DNA of 64,000 nucleotides, taken from contig OZ024740.1 in assembly GCA_964016885.1 (NCBI GenBank), forward strand, positions 131,564,001 through 131,628,000, written 5' to 3'. Shown one piece after another: positions 44,940 to 60,270 of this stretch. The DNA comes from Eledone cirrhosa. Taxonomy: Eukaryota. Position 1 is the stretch's first letter; each line of letters begins with the position of its first letter. The notes below the pieces were generated by a model. That model ran no database searches, had not been told where the DNA came from, and saw nothing but the letters and a program-made list of their open reading frames with translations. The translations under genes and the position numbers were made by a program.

Positions 44940-45740
44940 TTGCAAGCACCAACAAAGCAATAGCAGCATTCTCTAGTGGCATAAGGGAACGCAGTATTAC
45001 CCAAAATTATTTAGGTGGAACTTATGGAATAAAGAAATGTTATCCCTACGAACAGGCCTTATATGTTATAAGTGAGACCATGATAAAGAAGGCAAAATAG
45101 CTATCTATGTATTCAAGCAACTTGGAATCACCGGTAAATGTAAAATTATTGAATTCCCCGCTAATTCTCTTATCTTGTACTGTGATAAACATTGATGTAA
45201 ATATGAGGAAGGTCGTAAATATGAGATGATATCTATACAAATAATACAAATACACATTTCCCTAGATAATGTCTCGCTACCCAAACATTGCAAAGCGAAA
45301 CTATATACATATACATAAAATGATTAGCACATAGAAAATGAAAGTTAGTCAGAAATTCTATAGAGGTTTGCCAATCGCAATATACAATGATCTGGAACAT
45401 ATTTCCTAGTTTTATAAATGACGATCCGATACCTACGTACTTCCCTCGAAATAGTATTTGCTTAAAATTTACAAAGATTCCGTGGTACGTACAAACATCA
45501 TCTAATGCTATAAACACAAGTGATACTGTTTCAGTTCAACTTATTCAAAACTTATAACATATCGATAACCGGCACTCTAAAACATCTCCAGAACACAGAT
45601 TTTAAGATTCCAAGCCACCCATAGATCATTATATTTTATTGGAATCGTAATAGCACTGAAGTGACATATGCCGTATCTTGGAAATAATCAACTAGTAGGG
45701 CCCATCAATCTCCGTATCACCATACCTGAACATATCCGGG
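44940..45740 (+). mobile_element. Possible ancient Helitron (Pif1-like helicase) remnant
   Basis: KAIAAFSSGI resembles the helicase segment AIAVASSGIAA; SPEHR...PPI resembles PPH.L.LK.G.PI. Very degenerate. Confidence 0.25.
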
Positions 45741-46289
45741 GGGTATTCTAGGGAGGAGTGAGACGGAGAAAGAGAACGTTAGAAAGATATATAGAAGATT
45801 CGACAAGTAATATTGACCTTGAAAGAAGAAAGTTGACATTAAGAGATTTGAACTCAAAGTGCCGAGTGCCTACAGTCTGCAAGATGAAACATCGATAGAA
45901 ATTATAATATTAACACACTGAAAATATATGTTACATGAATAGTTTGTTTCCAAAATCCTTTTAAATCTGTTCATCGAAAATTAGATTTATTGCTGTCAGA
46001 GGGCAAATACCCGCCTTGGAAAGTCGTCATCTTTATTTATTTAAAATGGAAATGGCTCTTATATATGTTCTAAAATACATGTTAAATATTATGCACTTTA
46101 TTCAAAAATGGTCACTGCTCATTTAAATAGGTTTTGTGAGGCACGTTCTGTAATCTGATTAAGGTCATTCTGAGGTTCAGTATGATGATCACTTGCCAAC
46201 CTTGCCCTTGATGAAATGGATGTATCAAGTAGAACGCCCAACACCATCGTTATCATTTGCATGCACATAAATACGCCCATTATTTGTTG

Positions 46290-46471
46290 GGTTGGCAGTA
46301 TCGGTAGAGGGTCGGACGCCATGCATTCCAGCATAGTTACGTCCCTTTACGATCTGAGTTCAAATCCCGCCGAGGTTGACTTTGCCTTTCATCCATACGG
46401 GGTCGATAAAATAAAGTACCATAATGCACTGGGTAATTACTGGCCTTGTGCCTAAAGTAGAAACAATTATT
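46290..46471 (+). mobile_element. tRNA-derived SINE, most complete copy in the window (Nin-domain-like)
   Basis: A box TGGCAGTATCGG, B box GAGTTCAAATC, core GCCTTTCATCC.TACGGGGTCGATAAAAT, tail GAAACAATTATT. Confidence 0.82.
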
Positions 46472-48317
46472 TGTTACACGAGGTTTACATTCTAAATGTT
46501 GTCAAGAAAGCAACTAAACAAGTGTTATCTATTCCACAGACAATCCCAGAACTATTTGCCTCGGTTGTCACAGATCTATTCTGATATAGATGAGAACAAG
46601 GTGTGTGCACGTCATACAGGATCTAGAATTTCGGCTTTAACTAGGATTTTAATACACAACCTGACAATCCACGGAAAATAAGTTTAAAATATATTAAACT
46701 GGTACTGATGAATTTAGATCAGTGCAGAGTTTTCGATAACATTAACCATAGGTGTATGGAAGCTGTTTTAACGGCAGCATGTGTCTGTCCAATTTTGCGA
46801 TGCAATTTTTTGTCTATGTACATTAGTGACTCCCAGAGGAACATATAACCGAAACCGTTTTGCAGAAAGCGTTCAATTCATCAATGATATTCCCTTTTCT
46901 CTATATTGTATAGTGATCGAGAATTTGGTGGATATGTTGTATACGTTGACCAGCAATTTCACCGATCATGACCACACACATGGCGTAGGGTATGTCGGAA
47001 ATCAAATTAATCGGCACTACATTCGGTTGATCGTGGCTAAAGAGAAAAGATATTAACCAGGAGATATCAATGAACTTACAAATATAGAGTGGTGTCGCTA
47101 TATTTACATTCTGCCACCACAATGTATGTGTTTATATTCTGATGAAGAATTGTGATTTGTCCCTGTAACTATCTGATTGGGGATTAACTTGAAAGAGCTT
47201 CTGCTGATTTCTACAGCAAATGTCTCGGGATGTCGTGGCAGATGATATACAATGTTTGGCAACTACAATGCATGTCTTTCTACAGCTTATATTTTCAATC
47301 TCAGACCAGCATTGGTGGAATAATATCTGCAATGGTGCTAGGTGCTCTTTGTCATATAATGGTTTTGTAAACGTAGTTTCTATAACATCATTTTTAATCT
47401 ATAACTATTTGGTAAGTGGTTCGCGGGTCTATGACTTGGAAGCATTTCTGATTCTCAACAAATTCTGTCAGATTATTCAATTGCAGGGATATTGTTTATC
47501 AAATATTGATGTCAAAATTTCTAAAACTATTACCATGCTGTATAGGCCTCTCCCTGAAGCACATAATGATTCTTTGTCCGTCTATCAAATGTGGCTTGAA
47601 ATACGAATAGATATATAGATAGGTAGACGGAATTATTCATTAATTATCTATATATTTAATGTAATCGTCCCACGTAAACTGACTATAATAACAGTCGATT
47701 GATATAATTAATAGCACTGCAAAACAAGTCTTTCATTGTGAAATGTAAGCAATAGACCTTCGACAGAGAGTGGTGTCAATTATTTCTCTGCTTAAGGGCT
47801 ATGGCAAAGGAATCAACTTCCAGGACGTGGATGCCCATCCATTATAACTTCAAGTTTCACTTGTACAGAACACAAAGTTTGGAGAGTGTCGTGAAATGCG
47901 TCCTCTCGGAAACACTGTAAATCTTGAGTCTTATTACACAAATTGCCGTCTCTAAATTAGCCTACTTTGATTAAGTGACTGTCGATTGGTGAAATACTGG
48001 AAGAACGAATTGCATTTAGCCTTCAATATGCAAACTTCCAAATCAATCTAAGAAATGCCTTTCGTTGATCAAGCTTTGGTGTTTTTTGTGGTTATATACT
48101 ATCACTTCTCATTATCTTTCATGAATCTATTAATGTATTTTACTCTCTGCTCTGCCTTCTAGCGTAACATCTCGAATCAGCCTTGTTACATGTTTTAGTT
48201 CGTATAATATTTTTCTTTACGTAATCCTTGAAAAAGCAGGCACCCTTGTGGCTAAATATGATATCATCATTATAATCGCCACTGTTGTTGCAACATTAAT
48301 AGCAACAGAGTCAGTTC

Positions 48318-48372
48318 AGCAGCAGCAGGCAACAAAAGTAAGAGCAACACCAGCAGCAGTAGCAACAGAAGC

Positions 48373-48425
<53 letters not shown>

Positions 48426-48471
48426 ATGTAGTAGTAGTAGTAGTAGCAGCAGCAGTTGTAGTAGCGGCAGC

Positions 48472-48509
<38 letters not shown>

Positions 48510-48748
48510 CAGTAGTAGTAGTAGTAGTAGTGGTGGTGGTGGTGGTGGTGGTGGTTTGTAGGTGTAGAAGCAGCAGCAGCAGCAGCAGCAATAGGTAACT
48601 TCAGCCAATGCAACAGTAGTAGTAGTGGGTAGTAGTAGAATCCTCCGCATCTTCATCATCATCATTATCATCATCATCAGCAGCAGCAGCACCAGGAGCA
48701 GCAGCAGCAGCAGCAGTATTGGTAGTAGTAGTAGTAGTAGTAGTAGTA
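48318..48748. repeat. (GTA/GCA/GTG/CAT)n trinucleotide complex
   Basis: Directly visible. Confidence 0.97.
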
Positions 48749-51549
48749 TATTGTATAAAATCAAAAGGTATGTTGATATAAATAAAACATAAATCAAATG
48801 TAACGAAATATCTACAAAGTATGCGCGGACTTCTGTTAATAATATTAGTTTCATCTAAAATATGTATATATAATAAAAAAATAAAATATTAGATAAATGT
48901 TTTGCAAGCCTTATTTTTGAACAATCTACTTATGAATATAAATGGAGCCTTTTAGAAAATTAAAACTGATTGTGATTTTGTAAACAATATAAATGATTTT
49001 TTGATTATATCAATTAATAAAATATTGATGAATTCCAAAGAATCGATAATGTATAAACATAAATATTCATAAAACGCAAATATCGAATTTCTTAATTTGT
49101 CTCTTTCTTCATTTTCTATTTTCGTTATATGCATTTCCTTCTTATTTGTATTCTCCTCTTAGCATTACTTAACTTTTTATTATTCTTGTGTTTCTTATTT
49201 CATTTTTAATACATTTCATTTTTAATACATTTCATTTTTAATATATTCTTCTCCGTACTTAAAAAATTACTTTCATCTCTTCTCTGTTCCACTTCTTATA
49301 TTATATTACTTAATCATTATTTTCTTGTTCCTCTTAAGTTTGTATATTTAGCCATATAACCTGCATCGGTAATACTGTCGGAATAACATATCGAATTTAA
49401 TTAATGATTTTTACATGACCAATAACTTGTAAATATTATAAATGCCACATATATTCATGTTCACAGTTTTCCCAATCATCATAAACTTATATATATTAAT
49501 TATCACATATATACAGATGGTCTATTTACCAAATGAATAAGGATGTTGATGCAAGATGGTTGAATGCATCATACGTGTTATTCATTACCATTAGATCTGT
49601 GGTCCAATTACATGGTGTGGCATCTTGGGCAAGTTTTATTTACAATTGGCTAGAAGCATATAAATATGACCTGCATGGAATTCATAGAGCCTTAAATGTC
49701 TCACGAGGAGTCACCATGTGAGATATGTTAAAGGTACAACACTTCTGAGAAATGTTTATACGCTTGCACGATACAACCGTGATACCCATAATAGGAAAAT
49801 AATAGGAAAATATGTAGTCCGGTTTCGCTTCTATACTTTTCCACCTTTATAAATAATAATTGTTTAGCCTAAAGAAAATATAAGCATATAGAGAGAGAGG
49901 CAGGAAGTTAGTTATTATAGCACGTCTGATTGATCAGTTTTGAAAACCTCTACCGTTACACTTCCTGGAGAAAAAGTGGTACACAATTTTATAAAATGAT
50001 GTGTTGTCACTATAGTTTTATAGCAGCGTAGCATATAGATATGACATTTAAACCCTACCATAGTATGGACCACTATATATATTTCTATTTATATATATAT
50101 ATAAAGAAATTCGTTTTCAAATATAAAAACTGTAAAGGTGTAGGTGAAACTTTGGAACTTAAATTATGATATAGTTAATCCTGTTTGCTAACATATATAT
50201 TGAGCAAAATAATAGTAAAAGGGAGGGGAACCATTTGAATCAAAGTTAATATTGCAAATTTGACAACATATGTAAAACCTCTATGGACATTACCTGTTGA
50301 AAGGGACGTACAGCGTTTTGACCACAATCGACAGTACAGCTTTCCTGTTGTATTTTCCAAGGCAAACACAAAACAGCACTCGCGTGAAATCATATGGCAA
50401 TGACGCAGTACGTGTATAATTTCATTATCCACATTAAAATTGAACAATGATTGGCGAAGATTACAAAAAAATGATTGGCGAAGATTACAAAAAAAGACCT
50501 CTGAATACAAAAAAAAAAGACAGAGTAATTTGCATACAGAGTGGAAACGACGCGCTGGTTGTAATACTTACATTTGGACTGAATGGAACAGCAACACGAC
50601 CATTAGAGACTAAAGAGACAAGTGATAGGGAATGAGAATGGTTCCGGCACGATATTGAGTCAATCAATAAAAGAAGATGAGAGGGAGCCGCGGGCGTTAC
50701 GAATAATATTGCAAAATTGGAAAGAGATATAAAACATTGATTGTAATCGGAAGTCGAATTTCGTCCCCTACCGACAGTATTGCTGGCCCATCCAGGCTAC
50801 AGTGTCCAAGAAGCTAGACAAACGCTGTCCTGATGAGAACAAATGAGAACTTATCTGAGGACAAAAAATAAGTGTACGTCAATTTTGACAACCGATGAAC
50901 ATGGAACATTTTTTTTTTTTTTTTTCAAATAATGAGTGCGAAAACCCTCAAAAGTTTATCATTAGTTGCCACATCAATCTTTGACATTCATAGTCCGTAC
51001 CACAATATGAACATTGTTATCCAAACTCACAACTGCCTTCTAAGAAAAAAACCTAAATATACAAATGATGATGCAGCATCAGTATTTCGATTAGAATTAT
51101 GTCATCTCTCCGAAACATACTAATAACGAAAAAGCTTCAAGTGTTGCACTTTAAATGTACCCCCTTTGCTTGTTATTTCTTCATGTCAACAACGGCGGAA
51201 ATCTGTGTGTGCCGCTTGAGTAGCTTGATGTAACAAGCAAATCATTCTTTATGCTTCTAAGTTGTAAATAAATAGGCTTTGGATAATGTGGTCCTAGGTT
51301 CCCTGCTAATTGCAATAGGACGCGATGGCCACCGGGTCCCAGAATTTAATCAAACGTTGGTTTGATTAGGATTGGCCTGCTGCTTAACAGGAAAGAGAGA
51401 ATTGGAGAACATGTTGAAATCCTGAGATAATGACAAACGCCATTTAACAACTTTACATATTTCCCAGATAATGCAGCATAAAAATAATAGAAAACCCTTG
51501 GAATGCCAGACGTGTGAAGGCTGCGAAAGAAACATATAAAAAACAGATA

Positions 51550-51550
<1 letters not shown>

Positions 51551-51580
<30 letters not shown>

Positions 51581-51589
51581 CTTCTTCTT

Positions 51590-51620
<31 letters not shown>

Positions 51621-52030
51621 TGTTCGTTTCATTCGCTCACTTTTTCCTGAGAGAGTAGTGTGGGCTGAGTCCTCAAAAACTCTTTCCACGGGTCCTGTCT
51701 GAGGCAACCGATTTCAATTGATACGGGTCGATCCACAAGAACGACCAGCTAAGTTCATGGAGTTATCCAAACACCCTGCTAGGCGCCTCTCCTAAGGTCT
51801 CCAGTGATTTTTCTCCTGATATATTCAAATCACGTGCCCGTAATATCGTAGATGTGATCGCTCAATGTGCAGAAATAGCCGCTCTACCTGGAGTAATACT
51901 CTGATCTCCGTGCTACGTACTTCATCGAGTAAAGTTACTCCATGTACCTTTCAGAGGTATCTTATTTAGGCAGATTATAATCGCGATTGTATTCTTTCGA
52001 TGATACATCGCTGTAGGTAAGGATTAGCAC
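51551..52030 (-). mobile_element. Decayed LINE 3' fragment (RTE-like) with (GAA)n tail
   Basis: (TTC)n at 51551-51618 abuts a more GC-rich segment with weak RTE C-terminal resemblance. Confidence 0.35.
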
Positions 52031-53491
52031 GAATATCGAACTGGTGATAGCAGGCCTCACACACCTATTTTTCCATCTATTGTTGCTTGGTGGATGATTG
52101 TCAATCTATATATATGGTCTGTATTTTTGTTTGTTTGTTTGATAATTAATGTGAATCTGAAACTGTTCAGATTAATTGTTATCAACATTGACCACAATCG
52201 AAGTTCAACCATCAACGTCAAATAAATTACCAACATTCTATCACCAATCAAATGCACCTATCATATATTCATCGAAAATCATTCACCATGCTCATGAAAA
52301 TGAAAGAGGAAAACAATATGAGAAATAAGCACTTTCCACTCAGACGGGGATTCTAAGGCTTTATTCAACTAAGCGACAAAGATATATATAAATTTAAACC
52401 CTCGATAGCAGACAACATCATAATCATATAGCTGAAATATGTAAAAACTCAGTCAGTCAGTGTACTAACCGACATGGACATCTCATTCAGTCGATTTACT
52501 AGAATCCGTATATTTTGGTAAAATCATAATTCTAATGCTCAGGACATACATAACCGACTCGTAGAAAGGTGAAACGTTAACATTCTAACCAAATATTCTC
52601 ATCTTCAAATCATAACAATGATTCCGACAACTGCACTAAACCAGCACACTACTCATGGAAGACACGAAGGATAGAGGAATATTCAATTATATTTTTCGTG
52701 TTCTGACATGAAGTAATTATTCTCATATTTTTTCTGGAAAACGTATTTAGATACTTGTGTGTTTAAAATGCGAGTTAAAGACGTCGTCAACAATGCCGAC
52801 ATTATTATTTATTTATTTTTTAATTATCAACACAATTACATTTTGGCGGTGTGACGAGAACATAATTGGATTTCCCAAGTTGCCAACAATAAGAACGGAC
52901 GGAGAAAGAATGACCTTTGAACCGCAGAGAAAAATAATGATTATGGGGTTTATGTCCGCTGATGATGACAGTTAGAGTGACATAGTGCGGGAAAAGGATA
53001 CTTTATCGACAATAGAGAATGGTCGCTTAAATATATGTGCACATCGCGTAGTTTTCTTGATGTCTATCAAGACAAGAGGGATTCCAACATTGTTTCAAGC
53101 CTGTCTGAATTTGATTTTATCATTTCTATGGAACGGGGTCTCTGAATTTCAATATATTAAAGTGAATGTCATATATTGAAAAAAAAAAAATCTTCATTGT
53201 TAACGTCTTATTCAACTAACATTTTAAAATTACAATGAGCCTAATACACTATATAAAAAGACAAAATACCTTTATACGTATAAATACATATGTATGCATG
53301 AATATATGTCGGTATAATCACACATGTATCCAACACATACAATTATACATAAATAAATAAATAAATATATTTTTATATATATATATATACATACATATAT
53401 AACTTGGACGGGAACGAATATATATATATATATGTTTGTGTTTGTGTTTGCGTGGGTAGATATGTATATATAGACACACACATACACACAC

Positions 53492-53537
<46 letters not shown>

Positions 53538-53639
53538 TCATAGATAAATATGTAAATACATGAAAGCTCACACAAACACACCTGCATCCACAAACACAGG
53601 CACGAATATACGCGGTAGAGTTAGTAATGTCGTCCAAAG

Positions 53640-54185
53640 TTAGGCCATGGAGGTAAGCTCGAATCCGGCTTCAGATCACCGATAATAGGAGGCGGGAGGC
53701 TGAATGAAAGGCAAAATTTGCAGAAGTTGGAGCAGTAAAGCACATGTTTCAGCATACAGTAATCAAGTAAGGGTGAAAAATCCATACTCGCTAACTGATA
53801 TACGATATTCGTGCCAACCCTTATTTATGTTCATGAAACTAGAGTAATAACCGAAGGAATACGATCGCAAATAGAAGCGGTCGAAATGGAGTTCCTCGAA
53901 ATGCTCGGTAATCAGTGACTCAATCCAGGTAGAGTCGCTACATTATCCAAAATGAGAGATAGCATGTAGTTAGGAAATAATCGATGTAGAGATTTTACGG
54001 ACAAATGATTCGGCAGGAAACCCAGAGGTAGAATCCGAGCAAGATGGTTGAATAACAACCATGAGTTTGGGTTGTCTCGTTTGGGGTAACAGCCAGGACA
54101 GTTAGACACGGTTGTTTCTGACAGGACTTGCTAGAAGGCGTGTCTGAGGTATCTGGCCCCACGGCCCGAACAGGAATACGTGGGG
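53640..54185 (+). mobile_element. RTE-clade LINE 3' fragment (Rex3/Expander-like)
   Basis: IFVPTLIYVHE..VITEGIRSQIEAVEMEFL; GRKPRGRIRARW; similar to 42330-42715. Confidence 0.75.
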
Positions 54186-54255
54186 GAACTTATATATATA
54201 ATTATACACATACATATTTATGTGTGTATATATATATATACATACATATATATAT

Positions 54256-54400
<145 letters not shown>

Positions 54401-54436
54401 TATTTATATATATATATATATATATATAAATATATT

Positions 54437-54470
<34 letters not shown>

Positions 54471-54577
54471 AATTAGAAATACAAGCTATCGCCGTATTTT
54501 GACTAATACAATTACTTAGCCTCATAGTGGGGTTAAGAACACTCGGGGAAATGGGAAAGATGAGTATTGACGTACAT

Positions 54578-55325
<748 letters not shown>

Positions 55326-55669
55326 GCAAGCATATGAACACGCAAACCCTTATACACACCCGTATACCCACACACCGTTAAGTGCTTTGAATGTTTATTA
55401 CCGGTATTGTTAAATTGTACATCCCTATTCTAGTATAGAATGAATACCAAACTTATGTCGGAGATATTATTAAATATACTGAAAGAATAGCATTGACAGT
55501 CGCTGTAAATGTAATATTATTAGTGGTAGTTTCATCTATTCCATTCATCATAATAATGTTGATAATATACATTACGTACTGCAGCATCACCATAACTACA
55601 GTTGTAATGGTATTGCCTCTGTTGCTAGTATTCTTTTCATTCAACTTTCATATTATATTGTGTTTTATC

Positions 55670-55700
55670 ATTGTTATTATTATTAGTAGCAGTAGAATTC

Positions 55701-55757
<57 letters not shown>

Positions 55758-55950
55758 ATGATGGGGGTGGGGGTGGTAGTAGTAATAGTATTAGTAGTAG
55801 TAGTAGTAATATTAGTAGTAGTAGTAGCAGTTGTTGTTGTTATTGTTGGTGGTGTTGTTGGTAGCATCCATGGGGATGGTAGTTTTGGTGTCGGTGGTGG
55901 TGGTGGTGGCGGTGGAGGTAGTGTTGCTGATGATGATGCAGCCGGTGGTG
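55670..55950. repeat. (GTA/GTT/GGT)n low-complexity tract
   Basis: Directly visible. Confidence 0.95.
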
Positions 55951-57343
55951 CGGTTATTAGGGGAACGTAGGAGCGAGGATATAACTTGGATAAATAAATG
56001 AAGTACAAAAAAAAATATTTACAAAAAAAAGAAAGAAAAAATGCAGGTGAATATAAAAATACATTTCACCATAGAAATTTTTAAAACTCAAATTTTTAGA
56101 ATAGCAGCTCAGAATTCTAGGAGGCCTTTTCAATACATTCTAGAAAAATGGCAATAAAATGTCTATATCAAAAATGTACTTCTTGATTATCCTTTTCATT
56201 TCTGCAATACTGAATATCAATTTTCCTCTTCAAGGAATCAATGAAATATCTATTTTTATAAAATAAGTATTAGAAAATAAACTTAATAAATATATATAAA
56301 TATTCTTTTTTTACTCTACATTTTAGTTTTACATGTACTGTATCCTTTTCTTTGAAAAATTTTAGCCATTTTTTTTTTTCCAAAAATATTATTCATTATC
56401 TTTCTCTTAATTTCTTTTGGGGTTTTATTATTATTATATTTTATTTATTTACTTTATTTTAGAATTTTACTTTTGACATTCTGAAAAGACAAATTTATTT
56501 CTATGATCGAAAATAGGAGAAAAAATGTTACGTTCTTTTGAAAACTTAATATTAAAAGTAAATGTTATCATATACTACATCTTGTGTCTCAGTAATTCTC
56601 TATGTACTCTCTTATCTTTCACTATCTTTCTTTTCTCTTCGCACTTTTTCCTCTATATTTTCCTCTCTCACTGTTTTTCTTCCCTCTTGTTTTCCTTCAT
56701 TCATTCCGTTCATATCCACCCTCACTTACGTACGTTTTATCAATTGCTAATTCTCTTTTTGCAATCTTTCCTCTTTCCATCCTCTCCATCTTTTGTAATG
56801 CAACGCTTTTCCATTGATTTTCTCTCTATTCTTCGCATTATGTTTTTTTTTTATCTTTTTTCAAATCTTCTTTTAATATAATCGTATACATGTGTCCGGT
56901 TCTCCTTCTATAACCCTCTTTATATCTATGACATTCTCTCCCACTCTCCTTCAATATGTATTATGCCATATAATTTGTATTTCCCTTATATTTGCACACG
57001 TATGCACCAACATATCATTTAATCTTGCTCGTATACCACATAAATACATTTTGAAATACACAACCCAACTCTGCCAAGTAACTTCCTTTCTTATAGAATT
57101 TCAATATGGCTCACAATATGCACCCCTTATATTTTAATATTTATTTTTTAAATGTTCTTACAATCTTCGAAATAATTTTCCCTCTCTGCTATGAAACTCT
57201 CTATCAACTATGAGATTTATTATTTTCTGTACAATTTAATGTCTATCCCGAAAACTCAATGGAATTCTAACATGCCATATATCCACACATTCACCTACTA
57301 ACTCACCTACTCTTCTCCATACACAGAGACACAGACACAAACG

Positions 57344-57406
<63 letters not shown>

Positions 57407-57413
57407 TTGTATA

Positions 57414-57471
<58 letters not shown>

Positions 57472-57475
<4 letters not shown>

Positions 57476-57815
57476 AATATATTACACAGAGAGATGTGTG
57501 TTACACAGTGAGAAGTGTGTAAAACATCATTACATGTGAGTTTAAGCGTTACTGTATGGAGAACAATACCTACAGGTTAGCAATTAAATAGAAAATGACT
57601 AAGTCAGTAAAGTAAATTCGTATCAGCAAGCTTATAGTTATATGAATAGTAATTTAAAACTCTACTTCAGAGATTTGATTCTGACTTACTTTTTTTCTAT
57701 TTAGTTGCTAACCTGTAGGTATTGTTTTCCATACAGTAACAGTTAATCTCACATGTAATCATTTTTTACACACTTCTCACCGTGTAACACACTTCACTCT
57801 GTGTAATATATTTGT
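57472..57815. repeat. Inverted repeat with ~135-nt arms and ~73-nt spacer, in (TA)n
   Basis: 57472-57607 is the reverse complement of 57681-57815. Confidence 0.9.
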
Positions 57816-57855
57816 AATTGAACTCTAATTTATCTATATGTAAACCTATACATTT

Positions 57856-57891
<36 letters not shown>

Positions 57892-58080
57892 TGTATTTTA
57901 ATTATGTCTCATATAAAATAATACAACTGGCTATCCGCAAAATACGTATAGTTAGCACCCCAAACGTATAATTAGGATTATACTAAGGTATATCCTAATG
58001 TTTGTTGAGTGAGACGGAAGCCGGTCGCAGTATTGCTTAAAGCTTTCTCTGTTAACGTATTAAATATTATATATATATAT

Positions 58081-59884
58081 AAGGGTGGTCGCATGAGGGG
58101 TGGAGTGGAGGTGTTAGTATTGTTAGTTGTGGGGTGGGCGATGAAAAGGAGGGGTGTGTTAGTGGTGTTAGTGGGGTATAGGTGTGTGGGGGGTGGGTCG
58201 AAGGCTAAAGGAATAAGGGTGGGGAGTTCAGGCCGGGGGGAGTGTGGGTCTGTAAGATGAAGATAGTTCTTTGTTCGACCCGCCAATCGCCTTAGAGTCG
58301 AACAAAGAACTATCTTCATCTTACAGACCCCCCCACACTTATCCCCCACTAACACCACTAACACACCCCTCCTATTCACCGCCCACCCCACAACTAACAA
58401 TACTAACACCTCCACTCCACCCCTCATCCGACCACCCTTCCCCAACTAACATACTAACATCCCTCCCTTCTTCCCCCCTCCTCCTTATCACACGCACACA
58501 CCCACCGGCACATATATACACGCGCTCACACTAAACACACACCCTACTACCACCACTAACCCTCACCCCCACACCTTCATCCCACCACCCCGCAACTACC
58601 TCACTAACACCCCCTGACCCCAAGCACACCCCCTGACCACCCACCCCACACGCAACTAACATCACTAAAACCCCCCAACCCCACTCACACGTACCCACAC
58701 ACCCTCGTACACCACCAACTCTACATACCCCACCACCACTAACCCCCACTCACACCTGCATTCAACCCTTCCCCACCTCCCGTACACTAACACCCACTAA
58801 CACCCCCTTCATCAAACTACACACACACCAGTACACCACACTCCCTCCATAGAACTACACACACCCTTCTCTCCCCGCTCCACTCACACCCTCTCTCCAC
58901 ACTCACTCATCCCACTAAGACCTCTACTGATACACACACACACACCCTCCTCACTCCAACTTTCACACCTACCCATCCTCGCCCCTTTACCATTCCACCG
59001 ACTGCTGCCATGCCCTCTGACCACCTCCCAGCACAAACAGACACACAGCACTCCCACCGCTTGAACACTTCCTGTTGCACGCGCACCACACATCTCTCCT
59101 CTTCCGACCATCTCTTCATGGAATACTCGTATGTGGAACTTGACCACTACGCAATCTACTAAACATCGGAATTTACAAACATTTCAACCATCCTCTTACG
59201 GAATCACCTATATAACTCACCCACACACACAACCTAAAAAATATGTTTCTCCCACACGCCACTTACACCCACAACACGCTTAAACCCCACACACACGTGA
59301 TTTCCACCACATATTTACACCCTCAGCCTCCTGATTACTCTCCCCCCACCCCTCTATCCACACACGAACAGACACTCTGATCTACAACCCCCCCACACAC
59401 ACCTCTTCCTGAACATGCAACCCCGTTCTTCCCCCAACCCTTACTTTCACATACACACACACACACACACACGTACACCTACACACACACACCACCTTCA
59501 GCCCTCCCCACTCGGACACCCCGTCTCCCTCTCCCCACTCCACCCGCCACCACCCTACACACCCCACACCCTTCCACCACCTGTTTTACCTCTTTTTAAT
59601 TTCAGTTTATTTTGATCATGCTTTTATATTTAATTTTATTTCATTCCTTGTATTTTGATCATGCTCTTTTTTATTTTTAATTTCATTCGCACCGTTTCCT
59701 TTCGCTATATGTCTCTCCCCCACTCCCCCACACACCCTTTGAACTCTGTTCCCACACACTTCTCACCTGAGGAAGGGCTTATGCCCGAAACGTCGTTCCC
59801 AACCACCACACCACTCTCCAGGGCGTGAAATTAATAAATATTCGTTGTACTGCCTCTCTGTTTTGTTCTTGTTCAAATGTTTCC

Positions 59885-59885
<1 letters not shown>
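58081..59885 (+). mobile_element. Severely 5'-truncated Penelope-like element: GIY-YIG C-terminal tip, long C/A-rich 3' region, hammerhead, 5' fold-back
   Basis: Combining both arms gives RLRVEQRTIFILQTHTPPGLN, matching the PLE GIY-YIG end motif E..I..L.T..P.GLN. 58081-58280 is inverted relative to 58297-58439. Hammerhead at 59764, AATAAA at 59833, (TA)n flanks. Confidence 0.72.
59764..59797 (+). ncRNA. Minimal type I hammerhead ribozyme motif with weak stem I
   Basis: CTGAGGA a gggc ttat gccc GAAA cg TC g. Confidence 0.78.
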
Positions 59886-59937
<52 letters not shown>

Positions 59938-60097
59938 GCAGAAAGGAAGATGTGTCGATAGGTGGATGAACAGTTATTCGAAATGATAGATATGGATATC
60001 TAGATCGGGATATGTATTATATATATAACCCGTTGAAGGAAGAATTATTGCGAACATTTGAAATTTGAAATACAGTTTTCTCAAAGCAAATGATTAA

Positions 60098-60213
60098 TAA
60101 TTGTTTCTAGTTTGGCACAAGGCCAGCAATTACACATTGCATTACTGCTACTTTACATTATCGACACTGTAAGGATGAAACGCAAAGTTAACCTCGGCGG
60201 GATTTGAACTCAG
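60098..60213 (-). mobile_element. SINE fragment
   Basis: Same sequence and orientation as 8752-8867. Confidence 0.75.
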
Positions 60214-60270
60214 AAAGGCAAGGGCCATATCTTTATGTGTGTCATATATTTATGCATATCTTTATGCGTG

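Noticed and set aside
46290-46370. tRNA gene
   Set aside because: A and B boxes are present but there is no cloverleaf, and the sequence continues into a SINE body.
47139-47200. CTGATGA...GAAA spaced like a hammerhead
   Set aside because: Stems I and II do not pair convincingly.
46700-47600. Possible ancient LINE remnant or host exons
   Set aside because: Motif resemblances are too weak and out of order to support a call.
50445-50493. 24-nt direct repeat AATGATTGGCGAAGATTACAAAAA with a CCAAT-like box
   Set aside because: A simple local duplication with no supportable downstream gene.
50830-50860. CTGATGA and CTGAGGA hammerhead-like boxes
   Set aside because: No stem II and no downstream GAAA/NUH.
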